Shown in pieces: positions 8,998 to 18,333 of a stretch of 23,066 nucleotides of DNA. Each line of letters starts with the position of its first letter. Positions within the stretch are counted from its first letter, which is position 1. Origin of the DNA: Candidatus Heimdallarchaeota archaeon (lineage in GTDB: Archaea > Asgardarchaeota > Heimdallarchaeia > JABLTI01); contig DXJV01000048.1 in assembly GCA_019056785.1 (NCBI GenBank), forward strand, positions 1 through 23,066, read 5' to 3'. The notes below the pieces were generated by a model. The model was given only the letters and a program-made list of their open reading frames with translations, did not search any database and was not told the origin of the DNA. Position numbers and translations under genes: made by a program.

Positions 8998-10377
8998 ATG
9001 ATTGATCAAATGCTAAAAGGGATAGAGTATGGCAATGAATTCAAGGTCGATTTTATTGACATACGCTATCAAGAGAAATATCGAGCGAATTTCCAGTCTC
9101 GAGATGGTGAATTAACAGCAGACACCGGTTCGCGGCGAGGATTTTCGACTCGTGTAATAATCGATGGGGCACTTGGCTTTGCTTCTACCACCTCTATTGC
9201 TCTGGCTGACTTGAAGTCCGCAATCGAAGCGGCAGCAAAATTAGCTAGAAGTGCTGCTCCTGTAGTGAAAGAAAAAATCGTTTTTGCAGATGTCAAACCT
9301 CAACAAGATAAGGTTGAAACAAACCAAGTGAAGCTTTTGCAGAATGTTTCTATTGCAGAAAAAATGGAGATGATCAAAGAAGCAGAGAAGACTTTCAAAG
9401 ATTTTTCAGAAGTCAAAAGCTACACCATAGGTTATGAAGAGATGATTGACCATCGCATTGTGGTTAATAACGAAGGAACTCAAATTGAGCAAAAGATTGC
9501 TATTCCCGCTGTGCGAGTGCAAGCAACAGCTGTTCGTGGGACAAAAATTGCCAGTTATCATGATGCTTGGAGTAAAGCCAAAGGATTTGAACTAGTTGAT
9601 GAACACCCGTTAGTGGAGCTTGCCCAGCATGTTGCAGAAACAGCCACTAAGAATTTAGATGCTACTCTTCCACCTGGAGGCCCAACGAAAGTTGTGATCG
9701 ATAATACTGTGGTGGGTATTCTGGCTCATGAAGCTGTCGGACACCTCTTTGAAAGTGATCTGGTGGAAGCCGGCAGTTTTGCTAAAGGAAAATTAGGGCA
9801 GAAAATTGTTTCAGAGCTTATTACCATCATTGATGCCCCTGTTCTCGAAGATGCTTCTGGTTGGTATATGTATGATGACGAAGGAACCAAAGGACGTGCT
9901 GTTGAGTTGATCAAGAATGGTGTTGTTTCTGGTTTCATGAACAACCGATTTTATGCTGCAAAATATGATATGGAACCAACTGGCAATGCTCGAGCATTCA
10001 ATTTTAATGATGAGCCCCTTGTCCGGATGCGAAACACCTACATTGTTCCGGGCGACTTTTCTGACGAGGAATTATTTGAAGCTGTTAAGGATGGCCTTTT
10101 CGTCACTGGCTTTATGAATGGCTCTGCGGACACTTCAGGTGAATTCATGGTAGGTACAGGCCAAGCAATAGAAATTAAAAATGGCAAACTTACTGACAAA
10201 GTGTTTATTGGTCCCACCATGTCTGGGAATTCTATTGAAGTGCTTTCCTCCACTCTGGGTGTTGGGAAGGAATTAGCCTTGAATCTTGGCACAGGCTTTT
10301 GCGGTAAAGAACAGCTTGCAAAAGTCGATGCAGGTGGCGGTAAAGTTGCCTGTACAGTTATTCTTGGAGGGCGGTAA
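8998..10377 (+). CDS. tldD: TldD metalloprotease, catalytic subunit
   Basis: HExxxH motif (HEAVGH), YDDEG, TGNARA, PLVRMRNTYI and the C-terminal metal-ligand Cys in GFCGK. Confidence 0.93.
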   Translation: MIDQMLKGIEYGNEFKVDFIDIRYQEKYRANFQSRDGELTADTGSRRGFSTRVIIDGALGFASTTSIALADLKSAIEAAAKLARSAAPVVKEKIVFADVKPQQDKVETNQVKLLQNVSIAEKMEMIKEAEKTFKDFSEVKSYTIGYEEMIDHRIVVNNEGTQIEQKIAIPAVRVQATAVRGTKIASYHDAWSKAKGFELVDEHPLVELAQHVAETATKNLDATLPPGGPTKVVIDNTVVGILAHEAVGHLFESDLVEAGSFAKGKLGQKIVSELITIIDAPVLEDASGWYMYDDEGTKGRAVELIKNGVVSGFMNNRFYAAKYDMEPTGNARAFNFNDEPLVRMRNTYIVPGDFSDEELFEAVKDGLFVTGFMNGSADTSGEFMVGTGQAIEIKNGKLTDKVFIGPTMSGNSIEVLSSTLGVGKELALNLGTGFCGKEQLAKVDAGGGKVACTVILGGR

Positions 10378-10379
10378 CT

Positions 10380-11744
10380 ATGCTTGAAGAACTCTTTCCT
10401 ACATGTCAGAAAGTTATTGATGCTTCTGAAAAGAAGGGTGTAGAAGCCATCGAGATTTTTCTTTCATACAATAAACAACAGCAAGTTATTCTTAATGGTT
10501 TGAGTATTGGTACACAAAGAGCAAAAGAAGAAGCAGGTGCGGGGATTCGTGTCCTTCATAACAATGCTGAAGGATTTTCTTATACGAACAACTTAACTTT
10601 CGATTCCTTATTAGCAACAGCATTAGAAGCTCACAGTATCGCTCAACACGCACCGAAAATTGAAGGTGTTGCTCTTGCAACAGTTAAAACTGTGCCTACT
10701 GTTAAAGGAACTTATTCACAAGAACTTGCAGAGCTTTCAGCTGATGCTTTGACAAAAGATGGCTTGAACTTTCTCAAAGGATTTACCAGTATTGATCCTC
10801 GAATCCGTACCGTACTCAGTAATATCACTAATATTGTTGCTGAACGAGCGATTATTAATTCGAATGGGGTGAAAGTAACCACTAAAAACAGTAGCTTCCA
10901 AGCCGGGTTAATGGCAGTGGCAAGTGATAAGACTCGTGCTGGCGGATATGTTTTTGATGATGCTTTCAGCCGGAAGCATGATGTTGATTTTTATTCGAAA
11001 GGCATCGAACTTGGAAAAAGAGCGATTAATGGCTTGAAACAAGAACCCATAAAAGCCTTTGACGGGCCAATAATTTTCGAACCAAATGCGATTTTTAATC
11101 CGATAGCTATCGTTCTAGGGTTAACCACTTCCGCTGACTGGCGACAACGGGGCATCTCATTCTGGCGTGATAAACTTGCTGATAAAGTTGCAGCCGAGAA
11201 TTTTCAGCTCATAGATAAACCCCATGACTTACAAGGTGGTGCAGGCGTTAGACCATTTGACGATGAAGGAACCCCTACAAATGAGCTCCCTATTATTCAA
11301 GATGGCATTCTTCAAACATTCTTACATAATATTCGAACAGCCAATAAAGAAAACCTCAAGTCAACCGGACATGCAATGCGTGGTTTAGGCAATCAAGCTA
11401 CCTTCACACAAAAACCTACGAACGCGTTCTTTAACTCGCCCTGGATATTAGCCGGTGATGTTAGTAAAGAAGAAATGATTCAAGAAACTCGAAAAGGACT
11501 TATCATCCATAACTACCAGGGAACTGTTCGACACCAGAATGGCATTTTTTCCGGTGTGGCAAAAGGCGCACATTTAATCGAAAATGGTGAGATTACCAAA
11601 CCAGTTACAGGCGTGTCAATCTCAGGAAATGTCTTTGATCTTATTAATAACATTCGAGCTATCGGTAAAGAATACCATCTTGCCAGCGGCTTTTTAACTA
11701 CACCAATAATTCAGTTTGATGGAATAAGAATTTCGACGAAGTAA
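10380..11744 (+). CDS. pmbA: PmbA/TldE, non-catalytic partner of TldD
   Basis: Motifs GAGIRV, RPFDDEG, STGHA and IENGEI..PV...ISGN. Lacks HExxxH and starts 2 bp after tldD. Confidence 0.9.
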   Translation: MLEELFPTCQKVIDASEKKGVEAIEIFLSYNKQQQVILNGLSIGTQRAKEEAGAGIRVLHNNAEGFSYTNNLTFDSLLATALEAHSIAQHAPKIEGVALATVKTVPTVKGTYSQELAELSADALTKDGLNFLKGFTSIDPRIRTVLSNITNIVAERAIINSNGVKVTTKNSSFQAGLMAVASDKTRAGGYVFDDAFSRKHDVDFYSKGIELGKRAINGLKQEPIKAFDGPIIFEPNAIFNPIAIVLGLTTSADWRQRGISFWRDKLADKVAAENFQLIDKPHDLQGGAGVRPFDDEGTPTNELPIIQDGILQTFLHNIRTANKENLKSTGHAMRGLGNQATFTQKPTNAFFNSPWILAGDVSKEEMIQETRKGLIIHNYQGTVRHQNGIFSGVAKGAHLIENGEITKPVTGVSISGNVFDLINNIRAIGKEYHLASGFLTTPIIQFDGIRISTK

Positions 11745-11772
11745 TTCTTTTTCTTTCCTTTTCTTTTTTTTT
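11745..11772 (+). terminator. Oligo-T/pyrimidine terminator after pmbA
   Basis: An uninterrupted pyrimidine tract of T-runs (28 nt) follows the TAA stop directly. Confidence 0.6.
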
Positions 11773-11888
11773 AATTACTTTTCTTAGTTTAATTATGTTA
11801 TAAAGCTCTTGTCATAAAGTTGTTACAGTTCGACAAAAAAGTAATATACTATGTTTGTCTAGTGTAAATCTCCAAGAAGGTTGACAGT

Positions 11889-12719
11889 ATGGGTATTGTT
11901 GGTGCTTTTATTGTTCCTCATGGCGCCATGATCTTAGATAGAGAGAGAGCAAGGCAGCAAAAAGCCGAGAAATTGCATGATGCCATGCTTGAGACTAAAA
12001 AGGCCATTCAAAACTTGCGCCCGGAGATTATTTTCCTGACTTCACCTCATGGCATTTCTCTTTCAAATGATTTTGCCATTTATCTTAATGAAAAAGCATC
12101 CTGCTCTGCAGAATGGAATGGAGAATATGAAGAGTTCGTTTGTCAGGTGGAGATTGAGACGAATTATACCGAACAACTTTTAGGCTATCTCTTGGAGAAA
12201 GAAACAGCAATAAGTGGTTTAGCAGCTTATACCCCCAGTGTAGAGATCAAACTTCGATGGGGTGAATCTGTTCCCTTGTGGTTCCTCAAGGACATTCCTG
12301 CAAAGTATATTCTTATGTCTCAACCTTTAAAACGATTAGAAAATGCTGTGGACATGATTCCAGAAACTCTTACACTTGGCAATGATCTACGCTTATTTTT
12401 CAATAAACTTGATGAACGAGTGGTAATTATTATCAGTGCAGACCTCTCTCATACCCACCAAAAGGATGGTCCCTATGGATTTTCTGAACAAGCAAAAATA
12501 ACTGATAAATTACTCGGACAGTGGGCAGAAACCCTTAATGAGAAGCTTCTCACAAAAAAGGTTGCCTCTCTTCTGCCAGAAGCTAAAGTGTGTGGCTTTA
12601 TCGGCTTTGTCCTTATCCAGGGGTTGATGAATCGCTTAACCGCTTATAAGCCACATTTATTGCTCAATGAAGCACCCTCCTATTATGGCATGATGGTGGT
12701 ACATTATTTAAAGGATTAA
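11889..12719 (+). CDS. Class III extradiol dioxygenase subunit B-like (LigB/Memo superfamily) protein
   Basis: His motifs VPHG, TSPHG and ISADLSHTH, plus WGE.VPL.F, GPYGF, CG and PSYYGM. Confidence 0.82.
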   Translation: MGIVGAFIVPHGAMILDRERARQQKAEKLHDAMLETKKAIQNLRPEIIFLTSPHGISLSNDFAIYLNEKASCSAEWNGEYEEFVCQVEIETNYTEQLLGYLLEKETAISGLAAYTPSVEIKLRWGESVPLWFLKDIPAKYILMSQPLKRLENAVDMIPETLTLGNDLRLFFNKLDERVVIIISADLSHTHQKDGPYGFSEQAKITDKLLGQWAETLNEKLLTKKVASLLPEAKVCGFIGFVLIQGLMNRLTAYKPHLLLNEAPSYYGMMVVHYLKD

Positions 12720-12936
12720 CAATTACCGATAATTCGTCTTCAATCGCTGTTCTTTTCACGAGAAAGTACTTCTCCTTTGCTTTAGCTTTCAGAGTTTCTC
12801 ATAATTTTCTTCGATTTCTTCTTTCTAGAATCACTCTCTGGAGGGAGAAAGCTTTTTTGAGATAGTTACAAGATCAGCTAATTTTGGGCTGTTATATTTA
12901 CTTGCTATTCCATTTTAATTATAGTAGATAAAAGCT

Positions 12937-13300
12937 TTAGATACTTCTTGGAGTATAACTTTCGCCCGTAAAATAGAGCTTCATTGATTGCTTAATATCG
13001 ACTTTCCGCATTATTTGACTGTAATTTGGATCGCCCATATTCTTCAATTCATTTATAACTGTCTTTACCTTCTCAAGGTCATATTCATTTTCGTCAATTA
13101 ATTGGCAAATTAAACTCACTTTATCTTCAATTTTATCATCAAAAAGAATCAAAGTTAATTGTGCAGTAAAACGAGTGTCATTTTTTTTTCAAAATTCTGG
13201 GATTTAAGATTAGTAATTCAGATAACAAAAAATAGACTTGTTTTACCTCATTTCCCAATACCTTTTCACACGCAAGCTCAAGATTCGTTTTCTTAGCCAC
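12937..13300 (-). pseudogene. Frameshifted paralog of 13528..13956 (one extra A in an A9 run)
   Basis: GTG at 13300 follows GAGGAG and reads MAKKTNLELACEKVLGNEVKQVYFLLSELLILNPRILKKK* (stop 13180..13178). Removing one A from 13181-13189 gives ...KKNDTRFTAQLTLILFDDKIEDKVSL..., colinear with the neighbouring gene. Confidence 0.85.
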
Positions 13301-13527
13301 GTTCAACTCCTCAATAAATAATCTCCCCTTTAGTTATTTTAGACCTTTAATTATCAATCGAAGCAAATTGGCTACTTGATTACTATGTTTCAATACTTTT
13401 TAGTCAAAGAGTGATTTCTTCCAGAAAACGTTTTAAGTTCTTAATTGTTTTTTTTACCTCTTCCTTAATACCTGGTTTGTCTTGTGTTGCGTAAAAAGTA
13501 CTTTTAGCAAAATCGAGAGATTGACTT

Positions 13528-13956
13528 TCAAGCTCTTCTTCGTGGAATGACAGTCTCACCGGAAGCATAATGCTTGATCCGCAGCTTGTCGGTATTTACC
13601 TTTCGTAGTATCTCTTCATACTCAGAAGAACCCATATTCTTCAATTCTTTGATTATTGCTTTTGTGTTCTCTAATGTAGGGTCTAATTCCAGTAAAGTTT
13701 TTGCATATTTGATTTCTTGCATCTTTGTTTTTTTATTGTATTCGCTTACATCAATAAGATTACATAACAGGGATACTTTGTCTTCTATGTTTTCATCATA
13801 AAGAATGGCTGTTACTTGTGCAGTAAATCTGGAATCATTCCTCTTTATTGTACGAGGATTAAGGAGTAATAATTCTGATAACAGCTGATGATATGCTTCA
13901 GCTTTTTTATCAATTACTTTCTCACAAGCAATTTCAAGTTTCGATTTTTCTTTCAT
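13528..13956 (-). CDS. Hypothetical alpha-helical protein, intact copy of a tandem paralog pair
   Basis: 142-aa ATG ORF. Coding status is supported by amino-acid-level conservation with the adjacent paralog. Confidence 0.85.
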   Translation of the reverse strand: MKEKSKLEIACEKVIDKKAEAYHQLLSELLLLNPRTIKRNDSRFTAQVTAILYDENIEDKVSLLCNLIDVSEYNKKTKMQEIKYAKTLLELDPTLENTKAIIKELKNMGSSEYEEILRKVNTDKLRIKHYASGETVIPRRRA

Positions 13957-14028
13957 AAATAATCCCCAAATAGTATTAAATTGCCAGATTATTTAAAGAT
14001 ATTTTAATAAAAAACAATGGGAAAATGG

Positions 14029-15333
14029 TTAATAACGCATCAAGTACCTTTGCTTTTCCCATTCTGTCACTTGTAAACGATATTCATCCCATTCCTTTAA
14101 TTTTGCTTGGATGTAGGAGGTATAAAGTGGTTCTTCAAAGACAGCTTTCACTAATGCTGACTTTTTGATATAGCTTATTGCTTCCCAAAGGCTTGCAGGC
14201 AATTGATCGACATTAAGGGAACGTAATTCTTCTCCTTTCAGGTCGTAAAGATTCTCCTGACGAGGTGGAGGTGCTGGGAGTTTTTGGCGAATACCTTCTA
14301 AGCCTGCTTCCAGCATAACTGCCAAAGCCAGATAAGGATTACACATAGGGTCTGGACATCGAAGTTCAGCTCTTACGGAGGAGCTTCTATTCTTTGGTAT
14401 TTGTGGTATTCTAATAAGGGCAGATCGATTGAGTTGTGCCCAGCTTATGTAGACAGGTGCTTCATAACCGGGAACAAGACGCTTATAGGAATTCACTGTT
14501 GGTGCAATAACTCCCACAAGTTCTTTAGCAAACTTCAATTGCCCTGCAATAAAATGTTTAGCAATGTCTGAAAGGAGCATATCGTCATCAGGATCGTAGA
14601 ATGCATTCTCACCATCTTTAGTCCAGAGGGATTGGTGACAATGCATCCCACTCCCATTTTGCCTAAAAAAGGGTTTGGGCATAAACGATGCTATAAGAGA
14701 ATGTTGCCTAGCAATTGTTTGGATCAGAAGTTTCATCATCATAATCCTATCTGCCGTTTCAAGTGCTTCACTATAGCGAAAGTCAATCTCTTGTTGTCCC
14801 CTCGCAACTTCGTGGTGGCCCATTTCACATTGTATGCCCATTTTCTTTGCACCTAAAAGAATTTCTTGCTTAATTTCAAACCCTTTATCAAATGGTGAGC
14901 TATCAAAGTATCCCGCTGGGTCCATTGGAGCATAGTAACCATTTTTTTGTTCAAGTAGGAAGAACTCAAGTTCCGCTCCAACCTTATATTTGAAGCCCAG
15001 TTCTTCTGCTCTTTTACAGGCTCTTCGTAGCACATCTCGAGGGTCTCCTTTAAAGGGGAGATTTTTGGGAGTATAAATATCTGCCCAGAGACAGGCCACC
15101 TTTGGATTCCAAGGCAATTCAGTTAGTGTGTTAATATCCGGTCTCAAATAGAGATCTGATTCGATTATTCTGGTAAATCCTTGTATTGATGAACCATCGA
15201 ACCAGATTCCTTCTTCCGGGTTATCTTTCATACTCTCACTCGGTATGGTCACACTTTTCAAGACACCATGAATATCACTGAACTGCACTTGTATTGTGTG
15301 ATATTTTTCCAGTTTTTCTTTTAATCCATCCAT
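14029..15333 (-). CDS. glnA: Glutamine synthetase type I (GSI-alpha-like)
   Basis: Motifs FDGSSI, GAELEFFL, HHEVARGQQEI, FMPKP...NGSGMHCHQSL, NSYKRLVPGYEAP, NRSALIRIP and ELRCPDPMCNPYLA. Confidence 0.97.
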   Translation of the reverse strand: MDGLKEKLEKYHTIQVQFSDIHGVLKSVTIPSESMKDNPEEGIWFDGSSIQGFTRIIESDLYLRPDINTLTELPWNPKVACLWADIYTPKNLPFKGDPRDVLRRACKRAEELGFKYKVGAELEFFLLEQKNGYYAPMDPAGYFDSSPFDKGFEIKQEILLGAKKMGIQCEMGHHEVARGQQEIDFRYSEALETADRIMMMKLLIQTIARQHSLIASFMPKPFFRQNGSGMHCHQSLWTKDGENAFYDPDDDMLLSDIAKHFIAGQLKFAKELVGVIAPTVNSYKRLVPGYEAPVYISWAQLNRSALIRIPQIPKNRSSSVRAELRCPDPMCNPYLALAVMLEAGLEGIRQKLPAPPPRQENLYDLKGEELRSLNVDQLPASLWEAISYIKKSALVKAVFEEPLYTSYIQAKLKEWDEYRLQVTEWEKQRYLMRY

Positions 15334-15384
15334 TCCAGAACCTCTTAAGAATATTTTTTACTCATTCTGTAACCAGTGAATCAT

Positions 15385-15445
15385 TATTGCAAAAAAATGC
15401 TACTTTATGCAATATTTTTAGCATAATTATAGAAAAAAGGCAATA
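15385..15445. promoter_or_regulatory. Candidate Lrp-family operator region between divergent glnA and lrp
   Basis: TTGCAAAAAAATGCTA and TATGC-N10-GCATA imperfect palindromes; TGC recurs at 15388, 15398 and 15408 (10-bp phasing). Confidence 0.4.
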
Positions 15446-15502
15446 ATTTTTATATCTTTTGCCCTCCTTTATAATTTAACTATCAAAAAGAAGTGATAAA
15501 GT

Positions 15503-15958
15503 ATGATCCTTGATGATGTTGATAAAAAAATACTTCAAATCTTAATTGACGATGCCAGAACTCCTGTACTCGAAATTGCTAATCAGACCGGAAAACACTT
15601 AACAACAATTACGAGAAGAATCAAGACACTAGAACAGGAGGGAGTAATTCAAGGCTACGCTGCGATTGTTGATTATGAAGCACTTGGCTTTGATTTAACA
15701 GTAATTATTGAACTTACTTTGGCAAGAGGAAAGCTCTTTAAAGTCGAACATGAAATTGCTGCGCTCCCTGGTGTGCTAAGTGTTTATGATGTGACTGGAA
15801 AAATAGATGCAATCTTAATTGCGAAATTCAAGAATCGTCGTGAAGTAAGCGAGTTTGCGAAAAAACTTTTAGCCATGCCTTTTGTCGAACGAACCGAAAC
15901 GCACATTGTGTTAAATATCATTAAAGAAGACATCCGGTTAAGTAAAGAACTCGATTGA
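15503..15958 (+). CDS. Lrp/AsnC family transcriptional regulator
   Basis: N-terminal HTH (LDDVDKKILQIL..DAR...EIA...RRIKTLEQEGVIQGY) and RAM domain (VYDVTGKID...VERTETHIVL). Confidence 0.95.
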   Translation: MILDDVDKKILQILIDDARTPVLEIANQTGKHLTTITRRIKTLEQEGVIQGYAAIVDYEALGFDLTVIIELTLARGKLFKVEHEIAALPGVLSVYDVTGKIDAILIAKFKNRREVSEFAKKLLAMPFVERTETHIVLNIIKEDIRLSKELD

Positions 15959-16076
15959 TAGATTATAAGAACTAACTAGTTATTTTTCCCTCTTAAGAAA
16001 GATTATTTTTGAGTGTTTTTTCCTACAAAATATTTTTCAAGTGAAAGATAATGGATAATTGATAGAGGAAGCAGAG

Positions 16077-16511
16077 ATGACAAGTTCCGATAAAAAAGAA
16101 ACCATCACACGCACAGGTATTTCTCTCGAGAGTGATTTGCTTAAAGAATTTGATGTATGGCTTAAACAGCGGAGCTTTCCTAACCGTAGCGAAGGCATTC
16201 GTTTTCTAATTAGAGAGAAATTAGACCAAGAAATTCTTGTGGCTAAAAAAGACCTTCAAGTGGTAGGTTCACTTACATATATTTTCGATCATCACGGCTT
16301 TGATTCATCCTTAAAATTAACAGAGATTCAACATGATTTTGGACATCTTATTATCTCAACTATGCATGCACATATTACACATGATATTTGCTTGGAAACG
16401 ATTTTTCTTCGTGGAAGGCAAGATGAAGTTCGAAAGCTTGCCGACGCCATTTTGGCATTAAAAGGTGTACAAAAGGGCCAGATTTATCTCATCCCCTCAC
16501 ACCAACAATGA
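16077..16511 (+). CDS. nikR: Nickel-responsive transcriptional regulator NikR
   Basis: Ribbon-helix-helix RTGISL...FD...NRSEGIR and the high-affinity Ni ligand set QH...HAH.....CLE, plus YIFDHH. ATG at 16077 follows GAGGA. Confidence 0.94.
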   Translation: MTSSDKKETITRTGISLESDLLKEFDVWLKQRSFPNRSEGIRFLIREKLDQEILVAKKDLQVVGSLTYIFDHHGFDSSLKLTEIQHDFGHLIISTMHAHITHDICLETIFLRGRQDEVRKLADAILALKGVQKGQIYLIPSHQQ

Positions 16512-16577
16512 GAAAAAAGGCAAAAGAACTTTTAATATCTCACTCTTCTCTCCTAATAGAAAGAAATGTTTCCCAGC

Positions 16578-17438
16578 TTATTGATGCTGTTGTACAATCC
16601 CCCTTCGTTTTTTCGGTGAAAAAATCACGCTTACAACGAAAATAATACTCGAAACAATAATAATTGATGATCCTATAGGGAAGTTTGTCATGAATGAAAG
16701 GAGGACCCCACCTATGGCTGAAATTATACCAACAACAGGGGAGAAAATGAAGATTTTTTTCGTATCGTAAGCAAATTGATAGACTGTTGATGTAGGATTC
16801 ACGATTAATGCATAGACTAGCAATGCTCCAACAATTTTTAAGGTGAATGAGACCGTTAATGCCGTTAGAAACAGTATAAGGAAATTAAAGAAGCTCACAT
16901 TTATTCCTGCAGCTAAAGCGACTTTTCGATGAAACATTGTCGCCAGGAATTCTTTGTAAAAGATGATTATAATTGCCACTATTGCAAGATTAACTAATCC
17001 CAGAAGCAAGAAATCCAACCAGTCAAGTCCAAAAACGCTTCCCCATAGAATTTGAACGGCTTCGCTGCTAACAACACCGGACGGCAAGAAGCTTAGGAAG
17101 ATGAACCCCAAAGCTAATGACAAAGTGAAAATGATCCCGAGTACAACATTGGGGTTCAGTCTTGTTTTTTCAGACATTGGCCCTAAAAGTAAAGCAACAG
17201 CAATTGCAAAAATTGACGCAGAAATCAGAGGATCAAAAGAGAGATAACTGTTAATAAGCAATCCTAATGCCGCTCCGGCAAAAGCAGCATGAGACATTGA
17301 AAATCCTATTGCAGTTATTTTAAGATGAACAACAAAAACACCTATCAACGAACAGGCCATACCTGCAAGCGTTGCGCCAAGTATCACCTTGAAAAGCAGT
17401 TGCAACGAAAGTCTGCTAAATAAAAATAACAAGTCCAT
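16578..17438 (-). CDS. Metal ABC transporter permease (ZnuB/MntB, ABC-3 family)
   Basis: Multi-TM protein with SLIGVFVV...MSHAAFAG.ALG, ILWGS, KIVGALLV.AL...P and FPIGSSII. Confidence 0.92.
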   Translation of the reverse strand: MDLLFLFSRLSLQLLFKVILGATLAGMACSLIGVFVVHLKITAIGFSMSHAAFAGAALGLLINSYLSFDPLISASIFAIAVALLLGPMSEKTRLNPNVVLGIIFTLSLALGFIFLSFLPSGVVSSEAVQILWGSVFGLDWLDFLLLGLVNLAIVAIIIIFYKEFLATMFHRKVALAAGINVSFFNFLILFLTALTVSFTLKIVGALLVYALIVNPTSTVYQFAYDTKKIFIFSPVVGIISAIGGVLLSFMTNFPIGSSIIIVSSIIFVVSVIFSPKKRRGIVQQHQ

Positions 17439-17457
17439 TGGTCATCCTCCCATGTCA

Positions 17458-18333
17458 TTATTTTTCTTGTGCCGTTTTCGCGGCATTGTACACTCCTTTT
17501 TCTGCTTGAGAAAGCTCAATAAAGGCTTTATATAACGGTGAAGTGAGTGCCTTTTCTCGTTCACTATTCATAATGATCCGTCCGTTTTGCATCAGAATCA
17601 CTTTGTCTGTTTCAGGAGGGATGCCTAAATTATGTGAAACACAAAGAATTGTTACTCCTGCCTCTCGATTTAATTTTAGCAACAACTGATAAATGTCATG
17701 TCGTGCATTTATGTCTAAATTGGCAAATGGCTCATCTAATAACAACACTTCAGGTTCACCCGCCAAAGCTGATGCTATCATAACTTTTTGCTGCTGGCCA
17801 GCGGAAAGTTTGCCGATCGGTCTCCCCCAAAACGCCTCCATCCCGACGGCTTCGAGACTAGCCCGCACAATTTCCCAATCACGCTTTGTTACACGTTTAC
17901 CAACACCAATTAGGCCTATCCGCCCAATTAAAACAACATCTTTGACGAGAAAGGGCTCTGAAGGGTCAAAATCCATCTCTTGAATAACATAACCAATTCG
18001 TTTACGTATTTGATGCCCATACTTTTTTGTCGATAAGCCGAAAACTTCCACTGAACCTTCACGCAAAGGCAATATACCACAAATTGTTTCTAAAAGAGTC
18101 GTTTTGCCAGCGCCATTTGGCCCGATAATAAAAAGAATCTCTCCCTTTTTCACTCGAAGGGAGATATCCTGTATTGTTGGGATACGTTCTCCTTCGTAGA
18201 CGGTAGTAGCACTATCAAGTACAATGATTTCATCAGTGGATCCTTCTTGTAATGCTTTTTCTGCTCGTGGGTTGAGAATTTCAGATAGTTTTGGATTAAG
18301 AGCTTGTAGAAAGGTGTTAGAGCTGAAACTCAT
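17458..18333 (-). CDS. Metal ABC transporter ATP-binding protein (ZnuC-like)
   Basis: Walker A GPNGAGKTT, Q-loop GYVIQ, signature LSAGQQQ, Walker B LLLDEP and H-loop VSH. Start overlaps the upstream stop (ATGA). Confidence 0.94.
   Translation of the reverse strand: MSFSSNTFLQALNPKLSEILNPRAEKALQEGSTDEIIVLDSATTVYEGERIPTIQDISLRVKKGEILFIIGPNGAGKTTLLETICGILPLREGSVEVFGLSTKKYGHQIRKRIGYVIQEMDFDPSEPFLVKDVVLIGRIGLIGVGKRVTKRDWEIVRASLEAVGMEAFWGRPIGKLSAGQQQKVMIASALAGEPEVLLLDEPFANLDINARHDIYQLLLKLNREAGVTILCVSHNLGIPPETDKVILMQNGRIIMNSEREKALTSPLYKAFIELSQAEKGVYNAAKTAQEK

Noticed and set aside
11821-11846. TGTTAC-N14-GTAATA upstream of the LigB-like gene as a second NikR site
   Set aside because: Half-site orientation and spacing differ from the 19812-19836 repeat, and the match is weak.
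12720-12936. Protein-like fragments on the minus strand, and AAGTACTT palindromes near 12765 and 13497
   Set aside because: The fragments are too short, with no start or homology. The palindromes are AT-rich and lie at non-equivalent positions relative to the two paralogs.
15973-15982. Perfect palindrome TAACTAGTTA between lrp and nikR
   Set aside because: Only 10 bp, AT-rich and without a spacer, so it is expected by chance and unlike a NikR operator.
17790-17812. ABC signature LSAGQ instead of LSGGQ
   Set aside because: A tolerated variant in functional ABC ATPases; all other catalytic motifs are intact.
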